Of a DNA stretch of 64,000 bases, positions 49,400 to 61,487 are shown piece after piece; position 1 is the first letter of the stretch, and each line of letters begins with the position of its first letter. The stretch comes from Mobula hypostoma (Eukaryota): the NCBI RefSeq assembly GCF_963921235.1, contig NC_086108.1, positions 1,860,001-1,924,000 on the forward strand, read 5' to 3'. A model generated the notes under the pieces. It saw only the letters and a list, made by a program, of their open reading frames with translations. It was not told where the DNA came from and did not search any database. A program made the translations under genes and the position numbers.

Positions 49400-52340
49400 T
49401 TAGAGCAGCTTGTGCTTGAGCCTACTTGGGGAAAGGCTATCTTAGATTGAGTGTTGTGTAATTATCCAGATCTTATTAGGGAGCTTAATGTAAAGGAACC
49501 CTAAGGAGGCAGTGATCATAATATGATTGAATTTGTACTGCAGTTTGAGAGGGAGATGTATCAGTATCCCAATGGAATAAAGGGAATTCCTACCTGAAGG
49601 GAACTGAATGCATATTTTCCATCAGTTTTCACAGTGGAAGACATCCACAGAATACCAGACATTCAAGAGTGTCAGGGAAGTGAAGTATGTGCAGTGAAAG
49701 TTACAACTGAGAAGGTGCTCAGGAAGCTTAATGGTCTGAGTGTGGATAAATCTCCTGGACCTGATGGAATGCACCCTCAGGTTCTGAAGAAAGTAGCTGG
49801 AGAGACTGCAGAGGCATTAACAATGATCTTTCAAGAATCGATAGATTCTGGCATTGTACCGGATTACTGGAAAATTGCAAATGTTACTCCACTATTTAAG
49901 AAGGGTGGGAGGCAGCAGAAAGGAAACTATAGACCTGTTAGCCTGACATCAGTGGTTGGAAATTGATTGTTAGGGATGAGATTATGGAATACCTGGAGGC
50001 ACATTTCAAGATAGGCCAAAGCCAGCATGGTTTCATGAAAGGAAAATCCTGCCTGACAAACTTACTGAAATTTTTTGAGGAAATTACAAAGGAGATGCAA
50101 TGGATGTGGTGTTCTTGGATTTTCAGAAGGTCTTTGACATTGTGCAAAGTAAGAGCCTATGGAATTACAGGGAAGTTACTCGCATGGGTGGAGCATTGGC
50201 TTATTGGCAGAAACAGAGAGTGGGAATAAAAGGATCCTATTCTGACTGCCAGTTACCAGTGGAGTTCCACAGGGGTCGGTGTTGGGACCGCTGCTTTTTA
50301 CAATGTATGTCAATGATTTGGACTAAATTTCTGGCTAAATTTGCCATTGACATAAAGATAGGTGGAGGAGCGAGTAGTGTTGAGGAAACAGAGAGCCTGC
50401 AGAGAGACTTAGATAGTTTAGGGAAATGGGTAAAGAAGTGGCAAATGAAATACAATGTTGGAAAGTGTATGGTCATACACTTTGGTGGAAGAAGTAAACG
50501 GGCAGACTATTATTTAGATGGGGAGAGAATTCAAAATGCAGAGATGCAAAGGGACTTGGGAGTCCTTGTGCAGGATACCCTAAAGGTTAACCTCCAGGTT
50601 GAGTCGGTGGTGAAGAAGGCGCATGCAATGTTGGCGTTCATTTCTAGAGGTATAGAATATAAGAGCAGGGATGTGATGTTGAAGATTTATAAGGCACTGA
50701 TGAGACTACACTTGGAGTATTGGGTGCAGTTTTGGGCTCCTTATTTTAGAAAGGATATACTGACATTGGGGAGGGTTCAGAGAAGATTCACAAGAATGAT
50801 TCCAGGAATGAGAGGGTTACCGTATGAGGAACGTCTAGCAGCTCATGGGCTGTATTCCCTGGAGTTCAGGAGAATGAGGGGGGATCTCATAGAGACATTC
50901 CGAATGTTAAATGCCTGAACAGATTAGATATGGCAAAGTTATCTCCCATGGTAGGGAAGTCTAGGACAAGAGGGCACAACTTCAGGATTGAAGGACGTCC
51001 ATTTAGAACAGAGATGTGGAGAAAGTACTTTAGTCAGAGGGTGGTAAATCTGTGGAATTTGTTGCCACAAGTGGCTGTGGAGACCAAGTCATTGTGTGTA
51101 TTTAAGGCAGAGATAGGTTCTTGATTAGCATCAAAGAGTATGGGGAGAAGGCAAGGGAGTGGGGATGACTGGAAGAATTGGATCAGCCCATGATTGAGTG
51201 GCAGAGCAGACTCGATGAGCTGAATGGTTCCTATATCTTATGGTCTTATAGCGCTGAGGAAGCAATGTGGTTGCAGCAGAACTTAGACAGATTGGAAGAA
51301 TGGGCAAAAAAAGTGGCATATGGAATGAGGTGTTGGGAAATGTATGATTATGCATTTTGGTAAAAGGAACAATAGTGCGCACTATTATCTGAATGGGAGC
51401 AGGTTCAAACATCAGAAAGACTTAGGAGTCCTCATTGCAAGACTCCCAGAAGATTAATTTACAGGTTGAGTCTGTGGTAAAGAAGGCAAATGCAATGTTG
51501 ACATTTATTTCAAGGGGAACAGAACATAAAAGCAAGGAGATAATGCTGAGTTTTTATAAGACGCTAGTCAGGCTGCACTTGGAGTATGTCAACAGTTTTG
51601 GGTTCCATATCTCAGAAAGGATGTGTTCTCATTGGAGAGAGTCCAGAGGAGGTTCATGAGGATTATTCTGGGAATGAAGGGGTTAACATAAGAACGCAAA
51701 CACGAGGAAATCTTCAGATGCTGGAAATTCAAGCAACACACGCAAAATGCTGGTGGGACGCAGCAGGCCAGGCAGCATCTATAGGAAAAAGTACAATCAA
51801 CATTTTGGGCCGAGACCCTTCATCAGGATCTTCCTATAGATGCTGCCTGGCCTGCTGCGTTCACCAGCATTTTGTGTGTGTTGGTTAACATATGAGGAGC
51901 ATTTGGCAGCTTTGGACCTGTACTCACTGGAATTTAGAAGAACGTGGGGGGAATCTCATTGAGACCTACAAAATGTTGAAAGGACTAGACAGGGTGGATT
52001 TGGAAAGGATGTTTCCTATGGCAGGGGTATCCAGAACTAGAGGGCACAGCCTCAAAAGTGAGGGGCGACCTTTATGAACAGAGATAAGGAGGAATTTTTT
52101 AGCCAGAGAGATGTGAATATGTGGAATGTTCTGCCACAGACTGCGGTTGAGGCCAAGCCCGTGGGTATATTTAAGGCAGAAGTTGATCATTTCCTGATTG
52201 GTCAGGGCATGAAAGGATATGGCGAGAAGGCAGGTGTATGGATTTGAGTGGGATCCGGGATCAGTCATGATGGAATGGTGGAGCAGACCCAATGGTCTGA
52301 ATGGCCTGATTCTGCTCCTATGTCTCATTGTCCTTATGTT
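49400..52340 (+). mobile_element. Two tandem older CR1 LINE fragments (junction about 51250)
   Basis: DKSPGPDGMHP, NYRPVSLTS, SQHGFMKGKSCLTNL, HLEYWVQFWAP; many frameshifts. Confidence 0.85.
51691..51882. mobile_element. Fold-back Penelope-derived insertion inside a CR1
   Basis: TSD GGTTAACATA at 51681-51690 and 51883-51892 splits the CR1 GMKGLTYEE codons; inverted arms. Confidence 0.85.
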
Positions 52341-52467
52341 TGTCTGGGCAAGTATTAGAGAAAAGAAGGGGTTGCCAATCTGGGGTCCATGGACTCCTTC
52401 CTTAATGGTAGGGGTCCATGCATTAAAAAAGGGGTAATTTCTTTGTACAAGGCGAATCTCTAAGGCA

Positions 52468-52666
52468 AGAGAGAGAGAGGGAGGGGAGAGAGGAGGAGGG
52501 AGAGGGAGGGAGGAGCATAGAAAGAGAGAGGGAGGGAGAAAGAGAGAAAGAGGGAGAGGGAAGGAGCGAGTGAGGAAGGGAGAGAGAGTGAGGGGGAGAA
52601 GAAAGGAGAGTGTGAGGAAGGGATAGAGAGGGGAAGAGAGAGAGTGAGAGAGAGAAAGAGAGAGAC
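52468..52666. repeat. GA-rich low-complexity/microsatellite tract
   Basis: Nearly pure purine on the plus strand. Confidence 0.85.
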
Positions 52667-52889
52667 TGACTCTAGAAAGGCTGTCAGACACTTGCTATTC
52701 CCTCCGGCAGTATTGTGTCGCAAGGCACATTGATTGGATGATAATTATTATTTTGTCTCTTTTACTACTTCATTAACCATTTCTTTCTGTATTTTATTCT
52801 GAATAATCATATACACTATTAAAGTAATTTCTTATAACATTTACCACATGTACAGTGCCTCCTTTGTTTGTGGATACCTCTTGCTGATG

Positions 52890-53580
52890 AATTTAAAACT
52901 GTTACCTTTTATCATAAAAGAGGATCAAACGGGTTTTGTAAAAGGCCATAGATCATCTAACAATATCAGAAGATTGCTTAATGTGATTCAGGCGTGTCAC
53001 CAACAGGCAGTGGACGGCTTGGTGGTTTCCTCAGATGCAGAAAAGGCCTTTGATTGTGTTGAATGGCCGTATCTTTTTTTCACTTTAAAACAATTTGGTT
53101 TGGGCAATAACTTTATTAAGTGGGTGAAGGTTCTTCATAATGACCCTTTGGCTGCGATTCTTACTAATGGTATTAGGTCGGATAATTTTAGTATTCTGAG
53201 GGGCAGCTGGCAGGGCTGCCCTTTATCACCACTACTTTTCACACTAGTGATCGGGCCATTGGCTGCGGCTATTCGGTGAGACCCCAAAATATCTGCTCCA
53301 AACATAGGACTAAAGTCACATAAAATTACATTGTATGCGGATGATGTTCTGATTCTCTTATCGAACCTTGCTATGTCAGTGCACCACCTTATACAATGCA
53401 TTAATTCATTTAGCGCCTTTTCAGGTTATAAAATCAGCTTTACTAAATCAGAGGCTATGCCTCTGGGGAATCTGCAGCAGGTACCTGACACTCAGGGTGT
53501 TTTCCCCTTTAAATGGTCGCAGACAGGTTTTGTTTACTTAGGCATATTTATCACACCTACGTTTGATCAATTGTTCAAAG
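52890..53580 (+). mobile_element. L1-clade LINE RT fragment
   Basis: DQTGFVKG..NIRRLLNVI..DAEKAFDCVEWPYL..RGSWQGCPLSPLLF..HKITLYADD are L1-type motifs, not CR1. Confidence 0.85.
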
Positions 53581-53739
53581 AACAAGGAATGAATGTAACA
53601 ATATTTTTGTTATCGTACAGCATGCAATGTAAGAGTGTGGTAATTTGACACATTATGGTACATTCATTATTTGTCACCAGGATATGAATTGAGGAGTGAT
53701 TGCACAAATTGCAACCTTAGAGTTTAAGTGATAATTTAA

Positions 53740-54270
53740 CGGCAGAAGCGAAATTTCTCAGTGGCCAAACATTTCAATCCTGATTCCCATTCCCATTCCA
53801 AAATGTCAGTCCATGGCCTCCTCTTGTGCCACAATGAGGCCGCCTTTAAGGTGAAGGAGCAACACCTTATATTCCATCTAGGTAGCTTCCAACCTGATGG
53901 CATGAATATCAATTCCTCCTTCCAGTTCAAAAAAACTACCCTCCCCTCCCCTTCTATTCCCCACTGGCCTCCTACCTCTTCTCACCTGCCTCTCACCTCC
54001 CTCCAGTGCCCCTCCTTCCCTTTGTCCCGTGGTCCACTCTCCTCTCCTATCAGATTCCTTCGTCTCCATCCCTGGCTTCACCCATCACCTTCCAGCTATC
54101 CTCCTTCACCTCTCCCCACCTTTTCATTCTGGCATCTTCCCCTTTCCTTTCTAGTTCTAATGAAAGGTCTTGGCCCAAAATACAGCTGTTTATTTATTTC
54201 CATAGATGTTTGACCTGCTGAGTTGTGTGTGTTGTCCTGGATAGCCAGCATTTGCAGACTTTCTGGTGTT
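53740..54270 (+). mobile_element. Penelope-like element 3' fragment
   Basis: VAKHFNPDSHSHSKMSVHGLL..EQHLIFHLGSFQPDGMN (GIY-YIG C-terminus) plus pseudo-LTR. Confidence 0.85.
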
Positions 54271-54592
54271 TGTAATTTCATGAAAAGTTTAAAGATATTA
54301 GGGAGAATTTGGTTGGAGAGAAACTATTTCCCATTGGTTAGAGAGTCTGGAAACAGAGAACAGTGACTAAATATTTGAAGCAGGATTGCTTGAATGAAAT
54401 TTGAAATTATGTATTTATGGAGTTAAGTCACAGATTAGTCAAGATCTCAATGACTGTCAAGACAAAAGAGACAGCAGTTGTTGGAATCTAGAGCATCAAT
54501 CAATCAATCAAGCAGCATCTGTGGAAGGAAAGGAATTGTCAACGTTTTGCGTTTGATCCTGATGCTGTTGGACCTGCTGAGTTTCTTTGGTA

Positions 54593-54815
54593 AACACGAG
54601 GAAATCTGCAGATGCTGGAATTCCAAGCAACACACATCAAAATTGCTGGTGAATGCAGCAGGTCAGGCAGCATCTATAGGAAGAGGTACAGTCGACGTTT
54701 CGGGCCGAGATCACTCGTCCTGACGAAGGGTCTCGGTCCGAAACGCCAACTGTACCTCTTCCTATAGATGCTGCCTGACCTGCTGCGTTCACCAGCAACT
54801 TTGATGTGTGTGGCT
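54593..54815. mobile_element. Fold-back Penelope-derived insertion with hammerhead motif
   Basis: Perfect 15-bp TSD TGAGTTTCTTTGGTA at 54578-54592 and 54816-54830; inverted arms of about 90 bp; CTGACGA..GAAA at about 54720-54745. Confidence 0.9.
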
Positions 54816-54939
54816 TGAGTTTCTTTGGTAGATTGTTTGTTACAACAGGTTGGAAGTCCTTATTGTTTATTATCAAGTGGATGATAGGGATGCAGACCTA
54901 ACTGTGGGAAGACTAGGTTCTGATGAGACCTCATATGGA

Positions 54940-56195
54940 GGAGGGGAAGAAGCTGTTCTTAAACCATTGAGTGTGTGCCTTCAGGCTCCTGTACATCTTC
55001 CACGATGGTAGCAATGAGAAGACAGCATGTCCTGGTTGATGGGGGTCCTTAGTGATGGATACCACTTTTTTGAGACATTAGCTTTTGAAGACGTCCGTGA
55101 TACTGGGGAAGCTAGTGCCCACGATGGAGCTGCTGGCTGAGTTTACAGCTTTTTCTGATCCTGTGCAGTGGCCTCCTCCATACCAGCTGGTGATGCAACC
55201 AGTCAGAATGCTCTCCAGGTTCACGTGATGGGGAAGTCGAGGATCCAGTTGCAGAGGGAGGTACAGAGGTTTTGGAACTTGTTGATTCATTCTGAGAGTA
55301 TGACTGTGTTGAAATCAATCAACAGCAGCCTGATGTGGGTGTTGCTATTGTCCAGTGATCTAAGGCTAGTGAGATTGCATCTGCTGTAGACCTATTGAGG
55401 TGATAGGCAAATTGCAGTGGGTCCAGGTCCTTGCTTAGGCAGGAGTTGATTCTGGCCATGACGAACCTCCCAAAGCACTTCTTCACAGTAGATATGAATG
55501 CAACTGGGCGATAGTCGTTGAGGCAGCTCACCCTGTTCTTCTTGGGCACGGGTATGATTGTCACCCTTCTGAAGTAGGTGGGAGCCTTCAATTGCAACAG
55601 TGAGAGATTGAAGATGTCCTTGAACTCTCCCACCAGCTGGTTGGCACAGATTTTCAGAGCCTTACCAGGTACACCTTTAGGGCCTGACAACTTGTGAGTG
55701 TTCACTCTCACGAAAGATGTTCTGACATCGGCCTCTGAGACTGAGGTCACAGGATCACCAGATGCTGCAGGGATTCACACAGTTGTAGTTTCGTTCTCTC
55801 TTTCAAAGTGTGCATGAAAGGCGTTGAGCTCATCCGGGAGTGAAATAACACTGTCATTCATGATGTTTGATTTTGCCTTGTAGAAAGTAATGGCCTGCAA
55901 ATCCTGCCAGAGCTGATGTGCGTCTCTAGCTTCAATCGGAAATGGTTTCTTTCTCTTAAAGTAGCCTTCTGTAGGTCGTACCTGGACGTCTTGTATAGCT
56001 CTGGAATTTCACATATCTAGCCCTCAGCAGACTACAGATCTCCTGGTTCATCCGCAGGTTTTGCTTTGGGTATATCCAGTATATCCTCAAAGGCACACAC
56101 TAATCTACACTGGTCTTGATGTAGTTGTTGACAACTGTGGCATATTCACTCAGACTCAGAGATGAATCCCCGAAATTGTCCAGTCAACTGACTCA
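54940..56195 (-). mobile_element. Rex1/Babar LINE fragment with deletions
   Basis: [30 protein letters not shown]; homologous to 26562-28508. Confidence 0.85.
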
Positions 56196-56606
56196 AAACG
56201 GTGGGGGAGTCCAGGACCAGAGGCAGAGCCCCAGAATACAAGGGCATCCCTTTAGAAAGGAGATGAGCAGGAATTTCAGCTGTGGAGGAGCAAGTCATTG
56301 AGTATATTTAAAGCAGAGGTTGATAAGTTCTTGATTTATAAGGGTGTGGAAATTTACAGGGAGAAGGCAGGACAGTGGGATTGAGAGAGATAATAAATCA
56401 GCCGTGATGGAATGGCGGAGCAGACTCGATGGGCCACATAGCCGAATAATTCTGCTCCATGCCTTGTGTTGTTATGGACTCTCCCTGACTTTGCCTGTTT
56501 ATGTGTTTCCTTTTCAAATATTTTTAAAAGTTAAGTGGATTCTATTTCTGACACACTTCTATAATCGGTGCCCTAGCAACCTTATAAATAAAATAAATTC
56601 CTCTTA

Positions 56607-56831
56607 AGCAACACACATAAAAGTTGCTGGTGAATGCGGCAGGCCAGGCAGCATCTCTAGGAAGAGGTCCAGTCGACGTTTCAGGCCGAGACCCTTCGTC
56701 CTGGGTCTCGGCCTGAAACGTCGACTGCACCTCTTCCTAGAGATGCTGCCTGGCCTGCTGCGTTCACCAGCAACTTTTATGTGTGTTGCTTGAAATTCCA
56801 GCATCTGCAGATTTCCTTGTGGTTGCACTTT
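56607..56831. mobile_element. Fold-back Penelope-derived insertion (near-perfect hairpin)
   Basis: Perfect 13-bp TSD TAAATTCCTCTTA at 56594-56606 and 56832-56844; arms about 56607-56693 and 56703-56791. Confidence 0.92.
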
Positions 56832-57504
56832 TAAATTCCTCTTAGCTCTGTTTCGATGCTAATCTGAACTTTCTCAGTTTCTTGTTACTGCTCCATTAGC
56901 AGTGGGAGCAATTCTTCCCATTTATCAGGATCGCTTCAAACACCTTTGACAGGTCTCTGAAATGCCTGTGTTCCCGTAAGGATAACCTGCAGTTCTTTAC
57001 ATTTCACTCCATTGTTAAGATAATGGAAATCTTCAAAATATTCACATAAAAATTTCTTTGTAGGCTTTGAAAAGGTGAAAGGTGAAATGTTTGCAGAAGT
57101 TCACAAACTAGGGTTCACGGACCCCTTGTTTACTGGTGTTGCTCCACAGCATAAAAAGGGTTGGGAACCCCTGGATTAAGGAGAAAATGAGAGGAAACTC
57201 GGAGGATGGTGGGAGTGTGGGATGAGCTGTCAGTGTAACTGGTGGATGTGATTTCAATTTCACCATTTGAGGGAGGTTTGGACAAGTACATGGATGGAAG
57301 GGCTATGGAGGGCTATGGTCCTGCTGCAGGTCGATGGGACCGGACAATTGAAATAGTTCAGCACAGACTGGATGGGCCAAAGAGTCTGTTTCTGCACTGT
57401 AGTTTTCTACGACTCTATAACATCCTTACTAATCAAGGACTTATGAACCTCTGCTTTAAATGTACCCAATGACAGATTGTTTTAGCTGACAGGTCAGTCC
57501 AGAA

Positions 57505-57583
57505 CAGGAGTTCCCAGCCTGGGGTCCATGGTTCCTTGATTAATGGTATTGGTCCATGGCATAGAAAAGGTTGGGAACCCCTG
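57505..57583. mobile_element. hAT/Charlie-like MITE (related copies about 1818-1897, 52367-52436, 57095-57173)
   Basis: TIRs CAGGAGTTCCCA..TGGGAACCCCTG; 8-bp TSD GTCCAGAA/GTCTAGAA, fitting the Charlie NTCTAGAN preference. Confidence 0.8.
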
Positions 57584-58934
57584 GTCTAGAACCTGAGTTG
57601 TCTTTCAAAAGTTTACCTTATCCAGTAGAGAAATCCCATCAGTTCCATTCCTTCACTCTTTCCCCCTAGCCCAGAAACCTATTTTCTATCTGATTCCCTC
57701 TTGAAAACAAAGTAACGCACCTATTCCATTTCTGATTGCACCCCTACGTGGCAATCTCAGGAATACCAGGGGAGATAAGAGACTGCAGATCCTGGAATCT
57801 TGGAGCACACACAACCTCTCCACTCTCAGGCCTGATGCAGTGAGGCTTGGCCCAAAATGTCAACAATTTCGCACTCCCACCGATGCTCCTCGGCCGCTGA
57901 GTCCTTCCAGCAGATTACGTGTTTCTCAGGAATAATGTTATTCAAACTACCACTGGGGCACATTTCTTTCCCGCTGAGTCAGAATTATGGATCCAGTTCC
58001 CTTCTAGATATCTGTGGTGAAAATTACCACGGTGACTAATGGGTGGAGGCCTGCACTGTTCAAAGGTTATCTTTACCATAGACCATTGACTGTCTTCTTT
58101 AGACACCGTGCTGCCACTTAACTTCACGGATCAAACATCCTGGGCTAATTCTTCACCCAACAACACAGAAAGTAATAGATAATGTGGTCCAGACTGTGGC
58201 CATTATTGAGAGCTTTCTACAGTCAAATTGCCTGCCAGATTTCCTACACTACAGCAGTGACCACACAAAAATACTTAATTAGCTGAAACATACCTAGAGA
58301 CATTCTGAAAGAGATGCCAAGAGCACCATAGAAATATATATCTTTATCTTATCAAAGGTATGGTCCGTGTGCAGGTCAGTGGGACTAGGCAGAAAATGGT
58401 TCGGCACAGCCAAGAAGGGCCTAAAGACCTGTTTCTGTGCTGTAGTTTCTATGGTTTCTATGATATCTGTCTTTTTATTATTGACGATAATTCCAGACAG
58501 GGTAAATGCAAGCAGGCTTTTTCCACTGAGGTTGGGTGAGATGACAACTAGATGTCATGGGTTAAGGGTGAAAGGTGAAAAGGAAAAGTTTAGGGGGAAC
58601 ATGAGGGAAAACTTTTGCTCAGAGGGTTGTGAGAGAGTGGAACAAGCTGCCAGTGCAAGTGGTGCCTGCGAGCTTATTTTCAATGTTTAAGAGAAGTTTA
58701 GATAGGTGTTTGGATGGTAGGGCTATGGTCCTGGTGCAGGTGGATGGGAGTCGGCAGTTTAAATGATTTGGTATGGACTAGATGGGCTGAAAGGTCTGTT
58801 TCTGTGCTGTACTTTTCTATGACTCTATTGTAGAATTCTGGTTGGAATTAATTTTGGTTGCAGATTTACTAGGTTTCTCGTCGCTGACATTGTAGTTTTA
58901 TTAGATGGCTCTGGGTCATCAAAAATAAAAATGC

Positions 58935-59130
58935 ATGCACATACAGACACACACCTCGCAACAAACACTCATACAGACCAGAAGCACAACCAGACAGGCC
59001 AACAAACACAAGCTCACATACATGCACTACCATAGTCAAACACACCCTCAAAACACACACACCCAGAAGTACAATCAGGCCAACAGACGCATACACACAC
59101 TAACATAAACACAAATATTAGCATAGACAC
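58935..59130. repeat. CA-rich degenerate microsatellite
   Basis: Repeated ACAC/ACAGAC motifs. Confidence 0.7.
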
Positions 59131-59906
59131 CCCCAAGGGGACCACAAACTTGTCGTATGGCTTGGAGGCTTGCATGGCCCGAACCGGAGAGCTATGTTGG
59201 CCAGAGTTAGGGCTTTACACTTTGGCTCTTGGTAGGGTCACCCATGTCAAACAGGTCAAAAGGCAGAGGCCAGACTACGAATGGTCCACTGGTCCTCCAG
59301 GTTTGGGGGTTCAGCTCAGGGCTAACAACCCTGACTGGTCAAACAAAATTTTTACAGAAAGGTTGATGAAGAATCCTTCTACATCTGAGTGTGACTGTAT
59401 TCCCGAGACTCCGCCCAGGATCTGCATGACTGACAGTAGTGAAAACCAAGAGGAAGCTGCTGGCACAATGAAGGAAATCCTGAATACCTCCAAGACCAAG
59501 GTGCACTGTAGAGGCAGAAGTGAGGACCCTGAACCACACCTGGGGCATAATAGAGAAGATGGCCACAGACAGACAGAGATAGAGGACTTCCATCACTACC
59601 CGAAACGGCAGTGTCATGACAGGCAGTAATAACTAACACAGACAGGTAAACACTCATGCACAAGCATGTATGTGAACACACACTCACACAAAATATATAT
59701 ACAGTGTACTTGCATAAAATGTTAATTGCACATTTTCTAGCAGAAAAAGGAATTAACACAAAAACATCTACAAGTTAATTTGTGCCTGTACATTTTATGA
59801 GAGGGCATGGGTGCAATTTGCAAGGGCTGCACTTGCAGAAAGGGCTGTCCCGCTTGGTGGGAACAGGCTTTGCCTGAGAGGCTGACCGCTCATCCCTCCC
59901 CTCTTA

Positions 59907-60035
<129 letters not shown>

Positions 60036-60919
60036 TCAATCCCTTTTCAAGAGGCTGCTGCACAGTTTAAGGGGTGTGGGAGATCTCTCCTTGGTTTTAA
60101 ACAACCACTGTCGTTAACTCACATTCTCTCACTCTCCCTGCGCCGCCTGCAGAGATCCACACATTTGAGAGATTATCACTGGAGTTTCCTTCAGTAATCA
60201 GGTTCAGAGGCCAACACGAGAGGGCATTTCAGTTTCATGCCTTTTTTTAATCTTCCTTTAACTGGATTTCAGTTCCCCCAAAGCCAGGACAGGTCCAACA
60301 CAAAAGCTGCTCAGCTGTGCTCGTGTGGAGTGCATTCTTAAATGAGTCTCTCACCAGCAAACTCAAATGAATAAAAACAACGTCGTGCAAAAGGCTGGGC
60401 TTCCATCCATCAGTAATTGTTCCCAAAAAAAGCCCAAAGGCTTGACTTCCTAGTCTAAATTAACACTGATGGCTCCCTTAGATTCTGGAGTCACATGACT
60501 CTCTCCTAGGGTAAGATGCCAACAATTTGAAATGACTGTTTTAAAGGGCTTGCATTTGCAATATGTCTATAAAATTGTGAGGGGTAAAGGTAGGGTGAAT
60601 GCACACAGTCTTTTCCCCAGAGCTGAGGAATTAAGAACCAGAGAGCGGAGGTTTATTTAAAGCATGATAACATAGTGGTCAGCACAACACTTTACAGTGC
60701 CCCAGGTTCAATTCCCACCGCTGCCTGTAAGGAATTTGTACATTCTCCCCGTGACTGTGTGGGTTTCCTCCTACAGTCCAAAGACCTACCGGTTGGTAGG
60801 CTAATTGATGATTGTAAATTGTCCTGTGATCAGGCTAGGGTTAAATCAGGGGCTGCCGGGCTGGCATGGCTCGAAGGGCCAGAAGGTCCTATTCCACATT
60901 GTATTTCAATAAATAAATA

Positions 60920-61395
60920 AAGTGGAGCCTGATAGGTTCCTGATTTGTTGTGGCATCAGATGTTACAGGGTGAAGACCAGGAGAATGGGACTGAGGGGGG
61001 TAATAAATCAGTCACGATGGAATGGCAGAGCAGACTCCAAAATCTTATTGAAACCTATTGAATATTGAAAGGCCTTGAGAGAGTGGACATGGAGAGGATG
61101 TTTCCTATAGTGGGGTAGTTTAGGACCAGAGGGCGCAGCCTCAGAATAGCAGGACGTCCCTTTAGAACAGGAGGACTTTCTTTAGCCAGAGAGGGTGAAT
61201 ATTTTGAATTCATTGCCACAGGCGGCTGTGGAGGCCAAGTCATTGGGTGTATTTAAAGCAGAGGCTGATAGGGGCATCAAAGGTTATGGGGAGCAGGCAG
61301 GAGAGTGGGCTGAGAGGAATGATAAATCAGCTGTGATGGAGCAGACTCAAATGTCCAAATGGCCTAATTCCATTTCTATGTCCTATGGTCTTTAA
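60920..61395 (+). mobile_element. CR1 3' fragments
   Basis: ..ILKGLERVDMERMFP..NSLPQAAVEAKSLGVFK..; tail TCTATGTCCTATGG. Confidence 0.75.
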
Positions 61396-61487
61396 AGTGA
61401 GAGGGGGAGAGATTTAGTTAGAACCTGAGGAGGTGTTAAGTATATGGCTTTAGCTCTTAGACGAAACGGCTGAGGCAGGTACATTAA

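Noticed and set aside
51966..52723. Long Leu/Ser/Pro-rich ORFs
   Set aside because: Produced by the GA microsatellite and antisense CR1 sequence.
56607..56791. miRNA precursor hairpin
   Set aside because: Explained by inverted Penelope pseudo-LTR arms with a TSD; no evidence of miRNA processing.
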